Of a stretch of DNA of 64,000 bases, positions 39,233 to 49,253 are shown piece by piece (position 1 is the first letter of the stretch; every line of letters begins with the position of its first letter). The DNA comes from Verrucomicrobiales bacterium (GTDB taxonomy: Bacteria; Verrucomicrobiota; Verrucomicrobiia; Verrucomicrobiales; V1-33). The notes beneath the pieces were generated by a model. The model ran no database searches. It was not told the origin of the DNA and worked only from the letters and a program-made list of their open reading frames with translations. The translations under genes were made by a program, and so were the position numbers. The DNA is taken from NCBI GenBank assembly GCA_031411295.1, contig JANOAV010000035.1:1-64000 (forward strand), written 5' to 3'.

Positions 39233-41338
39233 ATGATGCGCGGTTTGAGAACATTGCTTTGGGTCGGTTGCGGTGGCAGTTGGTTCGGCCAGTCTGTCCG
39301 GGCCGGAACCGCTGTGCCCATGACTGTGGGAGAGGCCACCTTCCAGAGCGAATTAGCGGGAGACATCACCCACGTGGTGGACGGTCAGGATACCGGAACT
39401 CAAGGCTGGGGATTAGCGCCCAGACTCAGTGAACCCCAATCCTTGGTCCTGCGAATGAAGGAGCCCGTGGCAGCGGAAGAGGTCAATCTAACACTCTGTT
39501 TCCTCTCCGGTAAACCAGGCAGTTTCCCTGCGATCTGGTCCATTTCCGGCACCGCCGAGATCAATCCCAAACTGAACAGCCTGTGGGAACCGCTGCGGAT
39601 CATTTCTTCCGCCGCCACTGGCCCCACGTTGGAAGTGCTGGCGGGGGGACAATTGGCCGCGGGTCCGGTCAGCAGAATTGCGGGAGACGCGGTGTTCCAA
39701 CTGCGCGTTGCCCATTCGGGCCCGCCCTTGACCGGACTGCGACTGGAGGTTTCTCCGTGGCAGGAGGGGTCGGAGTCGGAACTGCGCTTGGGGCGGGCTC
39801 CTGATCGCGATTTTCTCCTCACCGAATTTAGGGCTGAAACCGTTGAACTCGCCACGACCAATGTGGCGTTGCATCGGAAGGTGATTTCCTCGCCTGAGGC
39901 CTACCGTTCCCTGCCAGTGGAAAATCTCACCGATGGCCTGCCCGGAACGTTTTCCCACCCCGCCAAGCCGAATCTGGGGCCCGCCTTTTCGTTTACCATT
40001 GATCTGGGTGCGGTGCGGACGATTGACCACTTTGCCTTGCGGAATCGCGGAGACGGAGCGGTGCCAGATCGGTGGTCCAAGGGGCTGCTGGAGTTCAGCG
40101 ACAGCATCGATGGTCCCCCCCGTTGGACGGAAAAAGTGCGCGCCGACGGGTCTTATTTAGAAGTCGGGGGCGTGGATGTCATACCCGCCCAGAAAGGCAA
40201 AGGGGACTGCCGCGGCCAGTTTTTGCGCATCTCCAGCACCAACTCCGTGGCCTACTCTCCACAATTGGCTGAAGTGGAGGCCTACGAAGAATTGGTGCCC
40301 CACCTGACCGAAGCCCGGGCGGATGGCAAGCCACTGGACTTGCGCAACGTGCTCTCCATGCCGTCCGGGAGCAAGGTGTTGGACCTCGTATTTAAATATC
40401 CTCGCAGCGGTTTGCCGAAGAATTTGCCGATCCGCTGGCGACTGCGGGGGTTCCATGGCGACTGGCAGCTCACTGACGGCCTCTCGATTCAAATACCGTT
40501 GCCCGATCCCGGTCGCTATCATTTCCAAGCTCAGATCCAGCATTCTGACGGTATTTGGAATACCGAATCCCTGCTCGTTCCCATGGAAATTTTACCCCAG
40601 TTCTGGCAGACGAGGTGGTTCTATTGGTCCTTGGCCGGGCTGGCGGCTCTGTTTGCGGTCCGACTCTACCAGCACCGATTGGACCATCGGGCTCGCCATC
40701 TGGAAGCCAAGCGTCGGGCCCGCAAAGCCCTCGAAGACGAGCGCACGCGCATTGCCCGGGATATGCATGATGATCTGGGTGCCCGGCTCAGTCAGCTAGC
40801 CATGCTGCATGAAATGTTCCTCGTCGAGCACCCGATGCTCCCCGCCGCCACCACCAGCATGCAGCAACTCACCGCCAACGCCCGCCAAGCCGTCGATACT
40901 CTGGACCAGGTCGTCTGGTCTGTGAATCCCCGCAACGACACCCTGACCAATGTGGCGGACTACCTAACTCATTGCACCACGAGCTATCTGAACCCCCTCG
41001 GCATCACCTGCCGCATCGATGCCCCCTCGGAATGGCCTGACTTAACCGTGCGTGCCCAAACTCGCCACCAACTCATTCTCGCCTTTAAAGAAGCCCTGCA
41101 AAATCTTGCCAAACACGCTGCGGCCCGCGTCGCCACGCTTCAGCTCGAACTCGCAGACACCCAATTCACCGTTACCCTCAAGGATGACGGCAAAGGCCTG
41201 CCTGAGACCCTGGACGGAGTCGAAAAGGACGGACTGGACAATATGCAGGCCCGCTTGCAGAGTATCGGAGGCACCGCCGAAATTATCTCCCATCCCCCCG
41301 GCGGCACCATCGTCCGTTTCACCCTTTCACTAACATAG
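39233..41338 (+). CDS. Sensor histidine kinase (discoidin-like and Y_Y_Y-like periplasmic domains, HisKA_3)
   Basis: ERTRIARDMHDDLGA, KEALQN, DDGKG; TM before the kinase core. Confidence 0.92.
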   Translation: MMRGLRTLLWVGCGGSWFGQSVRAGTAVPMTVGEATFQSELAGDITHVVDGQDTGTQGWGLAPRLSEPQSLVLRMKEPVAAEEVNLTLCFLSGKPGSFPAIWSISGTAEINPKLNSLWEPLRIISSAATGPTLEVLAGGQLAAGPVSRIAGDAVFQLRVAHSGPPLTGLRLEVSPWQEGSESELRLGRAPDRDFLLTEFRAETVELATTNVALHRKVISSPEAYRSLPVENLTDGLPGTFSHPAKPNLGPAFSFTIDLGAVRTIDHFALRNRGDGAVPDRWSKGLLEFSDSIDGPPRWTEKVRADGSYLEVGGVDVIPAQKGKGDCRGQFLRISSTNSVAYSPQLAEVEAYEELVPHLTEARADGKPLDLRNVLSMPSGSKVLDLVFKYPRSGLPKNLPIRWRLRGFHGDWQLTDGLSIQIPLPDPGRYHFQAQIQHSDGIWNTESLLVPMEILPQFWQTRWFYWSLAGLAALFAVRLYQHRLDHRARHLEAKRRARKALEDERTRIARDMHDDLGARLSQLAMLHEMFLVEHPMLPAATTSMQQLTANARQAVDTLDQVVWSVNPRNDTLTNVADYLTHCTTSYLNPLGITCRIDAPSEWPDLTVRAQTRHQLILAFKEALQNLAKHAAARVATLQLELADTQFTVTLKDDGKGLPETLDGVEKDGLDNMQARLQSIGGTAEIISHPPGGTIVRFTLSLT

Positions 41339-41348
41339 ACCCATCCTC

Positions 41349-41975
41349 ATGGCCATTCGCGTATCCATCATTGAAGACAATCTGCCTTTCGCCAAAACCC
41401 TCCAGAAATGCCTGGAATCCAGTGCCGCCAGCATAACCGTGCAAGCGATCTATCCCACGGCCGAATTGGCCGTGGCAGAACTTCCCACCCACCAGCCAGA
41501 CCTCGCCATTGTGGACCTGAACCTCCCAGGGATGAGCGGCATCGAGTTCATCGCCCGCCTGAAATCCCAGTGCCCGAAAGTGCTCTACCTGGTTCTCACC
41601 ACTTATGAAGAATCTAGCCTCATTTTTGACGCGCTCAAGGCCGGAGCCTGTGGTTATCTCCTCAAGCGCACCCCGCCCTCCGAACTCATCAGCGCCATCG
41701 TCCAAGCCACCGAAGGCGGATCACCCATGTCCCCGCAAATCGCTCGGCAGGTGGTTAACTTTTTCCACAAAGCCCCCCGCAACGAGAAACTGGAATGCCT
41801 CACTGAGCGCGAATTATCCGTGCTCGACCACCTGGCGCAGGGCGCCATGTATAAGGAAATTGCCGATCGACTCCAGATCAGCATCGATACCGTCCGGACT
41901 CACTTGCGCAAGATTTACGAGAAACTTCATGTGCATTCCCGCACCGAAGCGGTCCTGAAGTATTTGGGACGTTAG
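41349..41975 (+). CDS. NarL/LuxR-family response regulator
   Basis: IEDN, VDLNLPGMSG, LTERE...KEIA..L HTH. Confidence 0.95.
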   Translation: MAIRVSIIEDNLPFAKTLQKCLESSAASITVQAIYPTAELAVAELPTHQPDLAIVDLNLPGMSGIEFIARLKSQCPKVLYLVLTTYEESSLIFDALKAGACGYLLKRTPPSELISAIVQATEGGSPMSPQIARQVVNFFHKAPRNEKLECLTERELSVLDHLAQGAMYKEIADRLQISIDTVRTHLRKIYEKLHVHSRTEAVLKYLGR

Positions 41976-42084
41976 TGCCACTAGCTACTTTGAAAATGCC
42001 GAGCATCGGCGGCACGGTCTCTCTTGACGACTGGCGGGTTCCGTCTATGGGTAGCGCCCCTTAATAACCTAAATCAAATTGTCT

Positions 42085-43926
42085 ATGTCAAACCCTACCA
42101 CCCATACGTTCCAAGCCGAAGTCCGGCAGTTGTTGGACATCGTCATCAATTCGCTTTATACCGATAAGGAAATCTTCATTCGTGAGTTAGTCTCCAATGC
42201 TTCCGACTCGCTGGAAAAGCTGCGTCACTTGGAACTCACCCAGCAGAATACCATCTTCGATTCCGAAGTCGGCCGGGAAATTAACCTCACCACCGACAAG
42301 GAAGCCAACACCATCACCATTACCGATACCGGGCTGGGGATGACGCGCGAAGAGTTGATCACGAACCTCGGAACCATCGCCCACAGCGGATCGCGTGCAT
42401 TTTTGCAGAGCGTGGAAAAGGATCACGCAGCGGCTGGAAATGTCATCGGGCGGTTCGGCGTGGGCTTTTACAGCGTCTTCATGGTGGCCAAGCAGGTCAA
42501 AGTTTACACCCATTCCTGGCAGGCGGATGCTGAACACCTCTGCTGGAGCAGCGATGGCGTTAGCGGTTATGAAATCGAGGAAGCCCCCGGTCAGGCCCGC
42601 GGTTGCAAGATTGTGATTGAGCTGAAGGAAGATCAGGACACCTATGCCGAGGAGGACACCATCAAGCGCATCGTCGAGCGGTATTCCAACTTCGTTTCCT
42701 TCCCCATCTTCCTGAACGCCGAGCGCGTGAACACCGTGGAAGCCTTGTGGCTCAAGTCCAAGACGGAAGTGACCGAGGAGCAATACAAGTCGTTCTATCA
42801 ATTCGTGGGCCACGCTTACGACGATCCCCGTTACACGTTCCACTTCAATGCGGACTCGCCTATTTCCATCAACTCGCTGGTCTTCGTGCCGCAGGAGAAT
42901 CAGGAAAAATGGGGCATGGGCCAGATGGAAGCTGGCGTGGCGCTCTATTGCCGCCGGGTCATGATCGATCCGCATCCGAAGGGCCTGCTGCCAGAGTGGC
43001 TGCGCTTCCTCAAGGGTGTGATCGACAGCGATGATCTCCCGCTGAATATCAGCCGCGAAACCATGCAGGACAGCGCCCTGATCCGGAAACTCAACGATGT
43101 TATCACGAAGCGTTTCCTGAAGTTCTTGGATGCTTCCTCCTTGGAAGATCCCGAGAAATACACCGAGTTCTATCAATCCTTCTCCCGTTTCCTGAAAGAA
43201 GGCATCGCCACGGATTACACGCATCGTGAAGCGCTCGGCAAGCTCATCCGTTTCGAGTCCTCCATGACGGACAAGGGCAAGCTGACCAGCTTTGCAGATT
43301 ACCTAACACGCGCCAAAGAAGAGCAGAAGGAAATTTATTTCCAGATCGCCCCCAGCCGTGAAGCCATCGAAAGCGGCCCGTATCTTGAAGGATTCAAGGC
43401 CCGTGGTCTGGAAGTCATCTACTTCTTCGAGCCCATCGACGAATACGTTTGCGAAGCGATTCGTGAATTCAGCGGCAAGAAACTCGTGGCCGTGGATCGC
43501 GCGGAAGTGGAGCTGGACGACGTGGCCTCTGAAGATGCCCCGCTGGACGAAGCGCTCACCGAGAGCCTGTGTGCTTGGCTGAAGGAGATCGGTGGCAACC
43601 AAGTGGAAACCGTCCGCGCCAGTAAACGGCTCGTCGGCAGCCCCGCCGCCGCCCTAACACCGGAAGACGGAGCCAGTGCCCAACTTCGCGCCATGATGAA
43701 AGCCATGAATCAAGACGCTCCGGCCACGAAGATCATCCTGGAAATCAACCCACGCCACGCCTTGATCCACCAACTCTCCGCCGCCCAAACCGCCCAGCCG
43801 GAAACCGCCGAAAAGGTCGCCCGCCAACTTATCGACAACGCCCTCATCTCCGCCGGCCTCATGGAAGACCCAAGAGAAATGGTCCAGCGCATGTATGAAC
43901 TCATGGGTGCTGCGCTCGCGAAGTAA
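42085..43926 (+). CDS. htpG: Chaperone HtpG (Hsp90)
   Basis: FQAEV, FIRELVSNASD, GRFGVGFYS, LPLNISRE, LEINPRH. Confidence 0.98.
   Translation: MSNPTTHTFQAEVRQLLDIVINSLYTDKEIFIRELVSNASDSLEKLRHLELTQQNTIFDSEVGREINLTTDKEANTITITDTGLGMTREELITNLGTIAHSGSRAFLQSVEKDHAAAGNVIGRFGVGFYSVFMVAKQVKVYTHSWQADAEHLCWSSDGVSGYEIEEAPGQARGCKIVIELKEDQDTYAEEDTIKRIVERYSNFVSFPIFLNAERVNTVEALWLKSKTEVTEEQYKSFYQFVGHAYDDPRYTFHFNADSPISINSLVFVPQENQEKWGMGQMEAGVALYCRRVMIDPHPKGLLPEWLRFLKGVIDSDDLPLNISRETMQDSALIRKLNDVITKRFLKFLDASSLEDPEKYTEFYQSFSRFLKEGIATDYTHREALGKLIRFESSMTDKGKLTSFADYLTRAKEEQKEIYFQIAPSREAIESGPYLEGFKARGLEVIYFFEPIDEYVCEAIREFSGKKLVAVDRAEVELDDVASEDAPLDEALTESLCAWLKEIGGNQVETVRASKRLVGSPAAALTPEDGASAQLRAMMKAMNQDAPATKIILEINPRHALIHQLSAAQTAQPETAEKVARQLIDNALISAGLMEDPREMVQRMYELMGAALAK
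43840..43926 (+). repeat. Left copy of 87-bp direct repeat (htpG 3' end), attL-like
   Basis: Matches 51519-51605 with 5 mismatches; weaker similarity continues ~55 bp through the terminator. Confidence 0.95.
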
Positions 43927-43948
43927 CGCCGTCTGAAAGCATTCACAG

Positions 43949-43985
43949 AAGCCCCATAGGCCAGATTTGGCCTTTGGGGCTTTTT
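43949..43985 (+). terminator. htpG intrinsic terminator
   Basis: aagccccataggcca-gatt-tggcctttggggctt stem followed by a T-run. Confidence 0.8.
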
Positions 43986-44049
43986 GTTTGCTTTGGATAG
44001 GTTTCTTCGACGAAACTGAACAGACGAGGCGGAGTCCCCGCCTCAACCC

Positions 44050-44823
44050 TCAACCTGCCTCCCCCTCCTCACCGAAGCCGGATAAAAGCCATGCCCCATG
44101 CATGCCGATGGTTGGATCGGTGGTCATGAAAACTTTGTGTGGGGCGGGCACTTGCAAGTCTTCTGCCTGGACGAGGTTTGTGAGCCCACCGCCCACCAGC
44201 ACGCACCACGGTTCCTCAGCACCTTCGAGCAGGCAAGTCATGAGCGCACTCCAGCGCTCAGCCAACCGCCGACCTACTTCTGCAACTGACAGGCCTTGCC
44301 TTAACAAATATTCCTTGTAGCAGTGGGCCATCGAGTTGTGAATCCCCTCAGCCACAGGAGAATACTCAGGGAATCTTTCGGCTAGCAATCCTATCTTTTC
44401 TGAGGGTAATGTGAGTAAATCCAGCGGCATAATTCCCCCTTCGGCATCCACTAGGGCTGCCGCGACACCTGAGCCGAATACTAAGCTTAAACACGGCTGA
44501 TCGCTGATTTCCGCTCTAAAAGTTTGTGTCAATCCAGCCGCCCAGCAAATGGCGTCGCCTTCAACAAATACGGGAACATCTGTTGCCAATTGGAGGTGTT
44601 TGGCAAAATTTGCGTTGAGTCCAAAATTCCTCAACCAACCATAGTAGACACCATGCTCAACTCCGCCAGAGATGCAGATGGCTACACTCGATGGAACTGA
44701 TTGCTGTATCAAACTCTGAAGGCCCAAGATTAAAGTGCTGGGTAGAAAGCCTTCGGTTTTTGAAATTTGACCTGACCTCTCTCTATGCCGCAAGCCGGAG
44801 CCACCTATTTCAATCAAAAGCAC
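44050..44823 (-). CDS. Divergent ROK-like (sugar kinase fold) protein
   Basis: IEIGGS, VFVEGDA, LVFGSGVAAA, VLVGGG resemble ROK motifs DIGGT, ENDA, GTGIG, GGG. Confidence 0.65.
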   Translation of the reverse strand: MLLIEIGGSGLRHRERSGQISKTEGFLPSTLILGLQSLIQQSVPSSVAICISGGVEHGVYYGWLRNFGLNANFAKHLQLATDVPVFVEGDAICWAAGLTQTFRAEISDQPCLSLVFGSGVAAALVDAEGGIMPLDLLTLPSEKIGLLAERFPEYSPVAEGIHNSMAHCYKEYLLRQGLSVAEVGRRLAERWSALMTCLLEGAEEPWCVLVGGGLTNLVQAEDLQVPAPHKVFMTTDPTIGMHGAWLLSGFGEEGEAG

Positions 44824-44832
44824 TTCTACTGT

Positions 44833-46107
44833 TTAATGTTTGTTTTTTATGAATGCTTGTGCTATCGAAACAACTTGCTGTGGAATGCTCCCACTTTCGA
44901 TAAGCTGTCCTAAGCCGGCTGGATCGCGAGCAGCCCAAGCGGAGCAGAATGTGCTCCAATTTTGGATATCTAATTTCGTTTTCGGATCACCGATGAGTGC
45001 TTTAATTTGATTCAACCCTTCTGAAGATGCCTTCGAACCTAGACTGTATGCCACACTACCTACCAGTGAATCCTTCGCAGCCCCTTCAGGAATAGCATCA
45101 AGGTAAACCGGCACGTTATCAAATGAATTAGGCACAGCCAACAACAATGGAGTTGATAAATAGCTACTTGTGCCAAGGCCGCCGCCCGATGCTTTCGCTA
45201 ATTCAATTATTTCGTTAGGGCTGAGGTTTTCCGCTAAGAAACCACTTCCATGTCTGAGTAGAATGTTTTGTAGTTCGCGGTCTGGAGATTTCGGGGATCC
45301 AATCACGCTTATCATGTCCTCTCGGCGTTGTGAATACCATTCTGTGGCAATCGTTGGACCGATGGATTGCTTTTCATTAGCGGTTAAAATTTTTGACAGG
45401 TATTTCCAGTTAGTGGTTAAATCTCGCTTTAACAATTGCTTGCTAAGCCCTATCCTCGCTGCATCTCTAATGCCAGTTGGCATATTCTTTATCTGATCAA
45501 AGCCAGCAACGCCAAAAAAATCCGCCATACGACTAAAGCAATTACTTACGAATTGATCATTGACTCGATTCTTTAGACCTACGATTGCTTGAATTGCCGC
45601 CTCCGGGTCAATTTTGGCAGCAGAGCAAATTAACGCTTGGCGCTCAACATCCGTGGTCACAAATGAAGGGGGGCTTTCCAGCCATTTTCTAAGCTGCTCG
45701 GGCGCTTTTTCAGCAGCTGCGTCAAATACAAGTTGATATTCAAAAGCACTCGCCCCTTTCTGGTGTTTCAGAATTTCTCCCAGTATTTCCTCTGAATTCT
45801 CTTCGGAGAACAACTTTTCAAGTAGTTTTCGCTGAAGTAATATCCCAACATCACCACCAGCCTTATCAAAATCATTTCTAGCCAACTCGATGAAATTCAA
45901 CGCTTCGGCGGATGACATTGATTTGATTTTTTCTAGTATGGCAACGAGATCTGATTTATTTGGTAGTCGCTCTGCCGGACGTCTCTCCTTCAGTTGGTAG
46001 TTAGGTGGATGGGGTTGCTCATTACTTGCTGGATGAAATGACTTCGCCATGATAAAGCCGATAAAAAAAGCGAATGCGGGAAAAATTAGATGCTTTGAAA
46101 TTTTCAT
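44833..46107 (-). CDS. Membrane-anchored helical-repeat hypothetical protein
   Basis: N-terminal TM; DPEAA and WAARDPAG repeats. Confidence 0.8.
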   Translation of the reverse strand: MKISKHLIFPAFAFFIGFIMAKSFHPASNEQPHPPNYQLKERRPAERLPNKSDLVAILEKIKSMSSAEALNFIELARNDFDKAGGDVGILLQRKLLEKLFSEENSEEILGEILKHQKGASAFEYQLVFDAAAEKAPEQLRKWLESPPSFVTTDVERQALICSAAKIDPEAAIQAIVGLKNRVNDQFVSNCFSRMADFFGVAGFDQIKNMPTGIRDAARIGLSKQLLKRDLTTNWKYLSKILTANEKQSIGPTIATEWYSQRREDMISVIGSPKSPDRELQNILLRHGSGFLAENLSPNEIIELAKASGGGLGTSSYLSTPLLLAVPNSFDNVPVYLDAIPEGAAKDSLVGSVAYSLGSKASSEGLNQIKALIGDPKTKLDIQNWSTFCSAWAARDPAGLGQLIESGSIPQQVVSIAQAFIKNKH

Positions 46108-47732
46108 TTTGGAGCTTTAAGCACTGAACCAATGACCTGTTCTTTTGTTTTTGGATTACTAATTGACTTAGCCCAGATATTAGCACTGGCTGGATCGGTA
46201 TCCTTGATCGCTCCAATCAGCCCGACAATCGCGTCGTCTTTCTGGGATCCTGGCTCAAGGAGATTCACCCACTGGGAGGCACTCAGCGGGTCGGATTTTA
46301 CCCATCCTTCTACACCCTTCATGACTACCTCAGCCTGAGTAAGTCCGAGGTTGTCTGGGATCGGCTTTTGCAGTAGAGCACCAAAATCCTCAGCTCCTAG
46401 CTGCTGAACTAATTGTTCAGCAACGGATTTGGCGATCGGTCCTAGTCTCTCAGCGTCAAGCATTTGCCACGCTAATTTGGGTTGACTAGCGGCTACCTGA
46501 GCAGCAACCCCACGTTTATAGCTTTCCTGCAATTCTGCCGGTATACGTGAGACTATTTCAGCGCTCACTGCTAACTCAGGATCAAATTTGACGGCGTTCT
46601 GAGTTAATTCGGCCATCATATATGGCTTGATCATGCTTCCTCTGGTTTCAAGCAAATCGAGAGATGAGACAAAGTCAAGTGAAGACGCTTTTTTAAGAAA
46701 ATTAACCACCAATGCTTCGGTTGGCTGAGGAAACATTTTGTTAAAGTTCTCCACTGCATTTCCTTCTATTTGCACCAAGCAGTCTAAAACTGCCTCATCA
46801 GTAAACTTTCCTTTAACACCTAGAAACGGAGTGAGTGTTTCAAAAGATGGCGCGGAATCTTTTTGACTCAGAAATCTCAAACACGACGCAAAATAAAAAT
46901 CGCTGTGAGACTCCTTTAATAAAGCCTCCGTCGACAAGTTATGATCGGCTAAAATCAGGGATCCTAACTCAGCTGGATCTCGAAGGGCCATATAGCCTTG
47001 CGGGCCTACGCCCTGCTTTGAAGTGTTAAATACAAGATTAGCCACAGACTCAAAGCTAGCAGCATTCGCGCCAGCGAGTGCCGCCTTAGGGTTCCGTCGA
47101 AGGAAAGCTACCGCAATGTCGTTTAATAAACCTTGCTTAGCCTTTATCGGTGAATTATCAATGAATGCTTTGGCTTTCGCATAGTCAACCGAACCCCATT
47201 CATTAAGGATTGTGCGGACCTTATTTTCGTTTCCGTTAGCAGCGAGGAATTTGTCGAGAACGCCTGCCGGATCCCTCTTCGCCGTTCCCTGCCAAATAGA
47301 CTCCATATACCTCTGGGAATTAGGTCCTGCCGACAACAAGCGGTCTGATTTCAAAACCATTTCTGCATCATCAACATCCATCTGACCAGCAACAAAAAAT
47401 ACACGTTCTGTCAGAGTTCGCTTCCAACTGATATCCGAGCAACCCGAGATTAGAGAAAGGCAGTATTTGGCACCTCGTTCTCGTGTCAAGCTTTCGATTG
47501 AAGCAATGGCATCCAGCTGACCGTCCAAAGAAATAGGACGAGAACTGAGAAAGTCCCGGGAAGTTTCCTTCCCAGGACTTTCAGGATCATGTGATCCGCC
47601 CCGTTCACCACCTTCAGCCTCCACCGGCTTGTGGGTAACAACTTTTTGAAGCGTAGAGCTGGCTGGCCTAAAGTAGATAAATCCAGCAGTTAAGCCTAGG
47701 AGGGTTGCAAAAATATAACGGATCAGGATCAC
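46104..47732 (-). CDS. Membrane-anchored helical-repeat hypothetical protein
   Basis: N-terminal TM; WVKSDPLSASQWV and DPASANIWA repeats; 4-nt overlap with the next gene. Confidence 0.8.
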   Translation of the reverse strand: MILIRYIFATLLGLTAGFIYFRPASSTLQKVVTHKPVEAEGGERGGSHDPESPGKETSRDFLSSRPISLDGQLDAIASIESLTRERGAKYCLSLISGCSDISWKRTLTERVFFVAGQMDVDDAEMVLKSDRLLSAGPNSQRYMESIWQGTAKRDPAGVLDKFLAANGNENKVRTILNEWGSVDYAKAKAFIDNSPIKAKQGLLNDIAVAFLRRNPKAALAGANAASFESVANLVFNTSKQGVGPQGYMALRDPAELGSLILADHNLSTEALLKESHSDFYFASCLRFLSQKDSAPSFETLTPFLGVKGKFTDEAVLDCLVQIEGNAVENFNKMFPQPTEALVVNFLKKASSLDFVSSLDLLETRGSMIKPYMMAELTQNAVKFDPELAVSAEIVSRIPAELQESYKRGVAAQVAASQPKLAWQMLDAERLGPIAKSVAEQLVQQLGAEDFGALLQKPIPDNLGLTQAEVVMKGVEGWVKSDPLSASQWVNLLEPGSQKDDAIVGLIGAIKDTDPASANIWAKSISNPKTKEQVIGSVLKAPK

Positions 47733-47754
47733 GGCTCTAGATTAGTTTGCGGTT

Positions 47755-48247
47755 CTAGCCCTCTTTGCGGAAATATTGGCGCCAAACTCCCTGCACCAGA
47801 TATTCTACATGGAAACCACTCTCGTTCCATGTATCAGGAACGGTAAGCGTGGTAAAAGTTGGTCCACTGACCCAACTGCCTGTAAAATCGCTTACAGCAT
47901 TATTGAAAAGTCCCAAAACCGCACCTGTTTCGTCTAGATAATTAATCCCTAGGTCAACTCCAGACGACGCAGAGTAAAATAAGTTGTAACGCGCGGTTGC
48001 TGCCGTTAGATCCGCATTCCCGTAGTCTTCAGAGAAAATGTAATCCCTATACCAAGGAACCGCACTAGGGTTTCCTGCGGATGAGAGCTCCACAGCATTC
48101 GCGTTCTTCGGTGTAGCAGCGACCGCAAAAGCCAGAGCACCACCTCCACCAATTTTCAGGAAGTCACGTCGTGCTAGTTTACGCGGGGTTGAAGGTTCAT
48201 TATTACTATTATGGCTCTCTCTCTCTCTCTCTTATAACTGGCTTCAT
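47755..48247 (-). CDS. Tat-exported small protein, frameshifted at an (AG)9 tract (putative phase-OFF)
   Basis: In-frame RRDFLK-h-region-ANA signal has no start codon of its own; ATG at 48247 is joined to it if the tract is (AG)10 or (AG)7. Confidence 0.75.
48215..48232. repeat. (CT)9/(AG)9 simple sequence repeat
   Basis: Directly visible; the only such dinucleotide tract noticed in the window. Confidence 0.97.
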
Positions 48248-48410
48248 AAGTATATGATGTTTTTAGTTGAGTTTAGTTAATTGACCGACAAGTGATGGAT
48301 CTAACCACATCTCTGTCGTTTGGTCAATGTTATTTGAAAATATTTCATCTCATCCCAATGCTGCCCTCCCCGCTCACCCCAGTTATAATTAGCCAATATC
48401 AGACGCCTCC

Positions 48411-49238
48411 ATGAGAAAACCGCATTTGGTCTATACGGTGGCGATTGATCCGCCAGGGCAGACGGGGTGCCGATTGATGGCCAAGCTATTGGCTGCATCC
48501 CTGAGCCGCTCTCAGTTTCCGGGTGACATCATGATTTTCCACAACTCCAGCGCTCCATTGTTTTTCGTGGAGCGGAAAGGTGTGGAGGAAGTGCTGGTGG
48601 ACCCACTAACGCCCGATGATGCCTTGAAATTGGCACAAGAGGCATGGACTTGGAAATACCGGGTGCGGCAATTCATTGATGCTGAGAAATATGATAAAAT
48701 TCTCTTTCTGGATGCCGACTGTCTGGCATTGAGGAATCTGGATCACTTGTTAGACGGGGATTGGGATATCGCCTTCCAGAGGGAGCAAGGTCTGGGAATA
48801 GCAATGTCTCAGTTTTCCTGTTATCTAACCGCAGAGGAGAAGACCAATCTGAGATGTAATGGGGTGAACAGTGGCACGCTGGCAGTGCGGGGTTCGCTCT
48901 ATCAAACTGTGATGGAAGAGTGGGAGCGCATCGAGAAGACGGAACCTCCCTCCCCGCGTTGGTGCAGTGATCAGGCAAGTTGGAATAGGCTCCTGCTGGA
49001 TGCGGCCTCACGAAGGAAGTCGGGTGAGGATAACGGGTGGCTAGCCAAGCCATTCGAGTCACATGAAATCCAATTTCCAATGCACCTTCACAAAGATTTC
49101 CGTGAATATCGGAATGCAGCCATCCTGCATTTTCTGGGTGGCAGCAACATCGAGAAAATGCAGATGATGTTCTCCATTTACATGGGAACCTATTTCCACG
49201 ATGTAGCGGGCACGCTGCTTAATGTGACTGACATGTAA
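48411..49238 (+). CDS. GT-A fold glycosyltransferase
   Basis: ILFLDADC (DxD), NSG, SDQ, ILHF. Confidence 0.82.
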   Translation: MRKPHLVYTVAIDPPGQTGCRLMAKLLAASLSRSQFPGDIMIFHNSSAPLFFVERKGVEEVLVDPLTPDDALKLAQEAWTWKYRVRQFIDAEKYDKILFLDADCLALRNLDHLLDGDWDIAFQREQGLGIAMSQFSCYLTAEEKTNLRCNGVNSGTLAVRGSLYQTVMEEWERIEKTEPPSPRWCSDQASWNRLLLDAASRRKSGEDNGWLAKPFESHEIQFPMHLHKDFREYRNAAILHFLGGSNIEKMQMMFSIYMGTYFHDVAGTLLNVTDM

Positions 49239-49253
49239 GCTAGGAAGCAGACT

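Noticed and set aside
41976..42084. CIRCE element upstream of htpG
   Set aside because: No TTAGCACTC-N9-GAGTGCTAA match seen
42187..43224. 345-aa minus-strand ORF
   Set aside because: Antisense shadow of htpG
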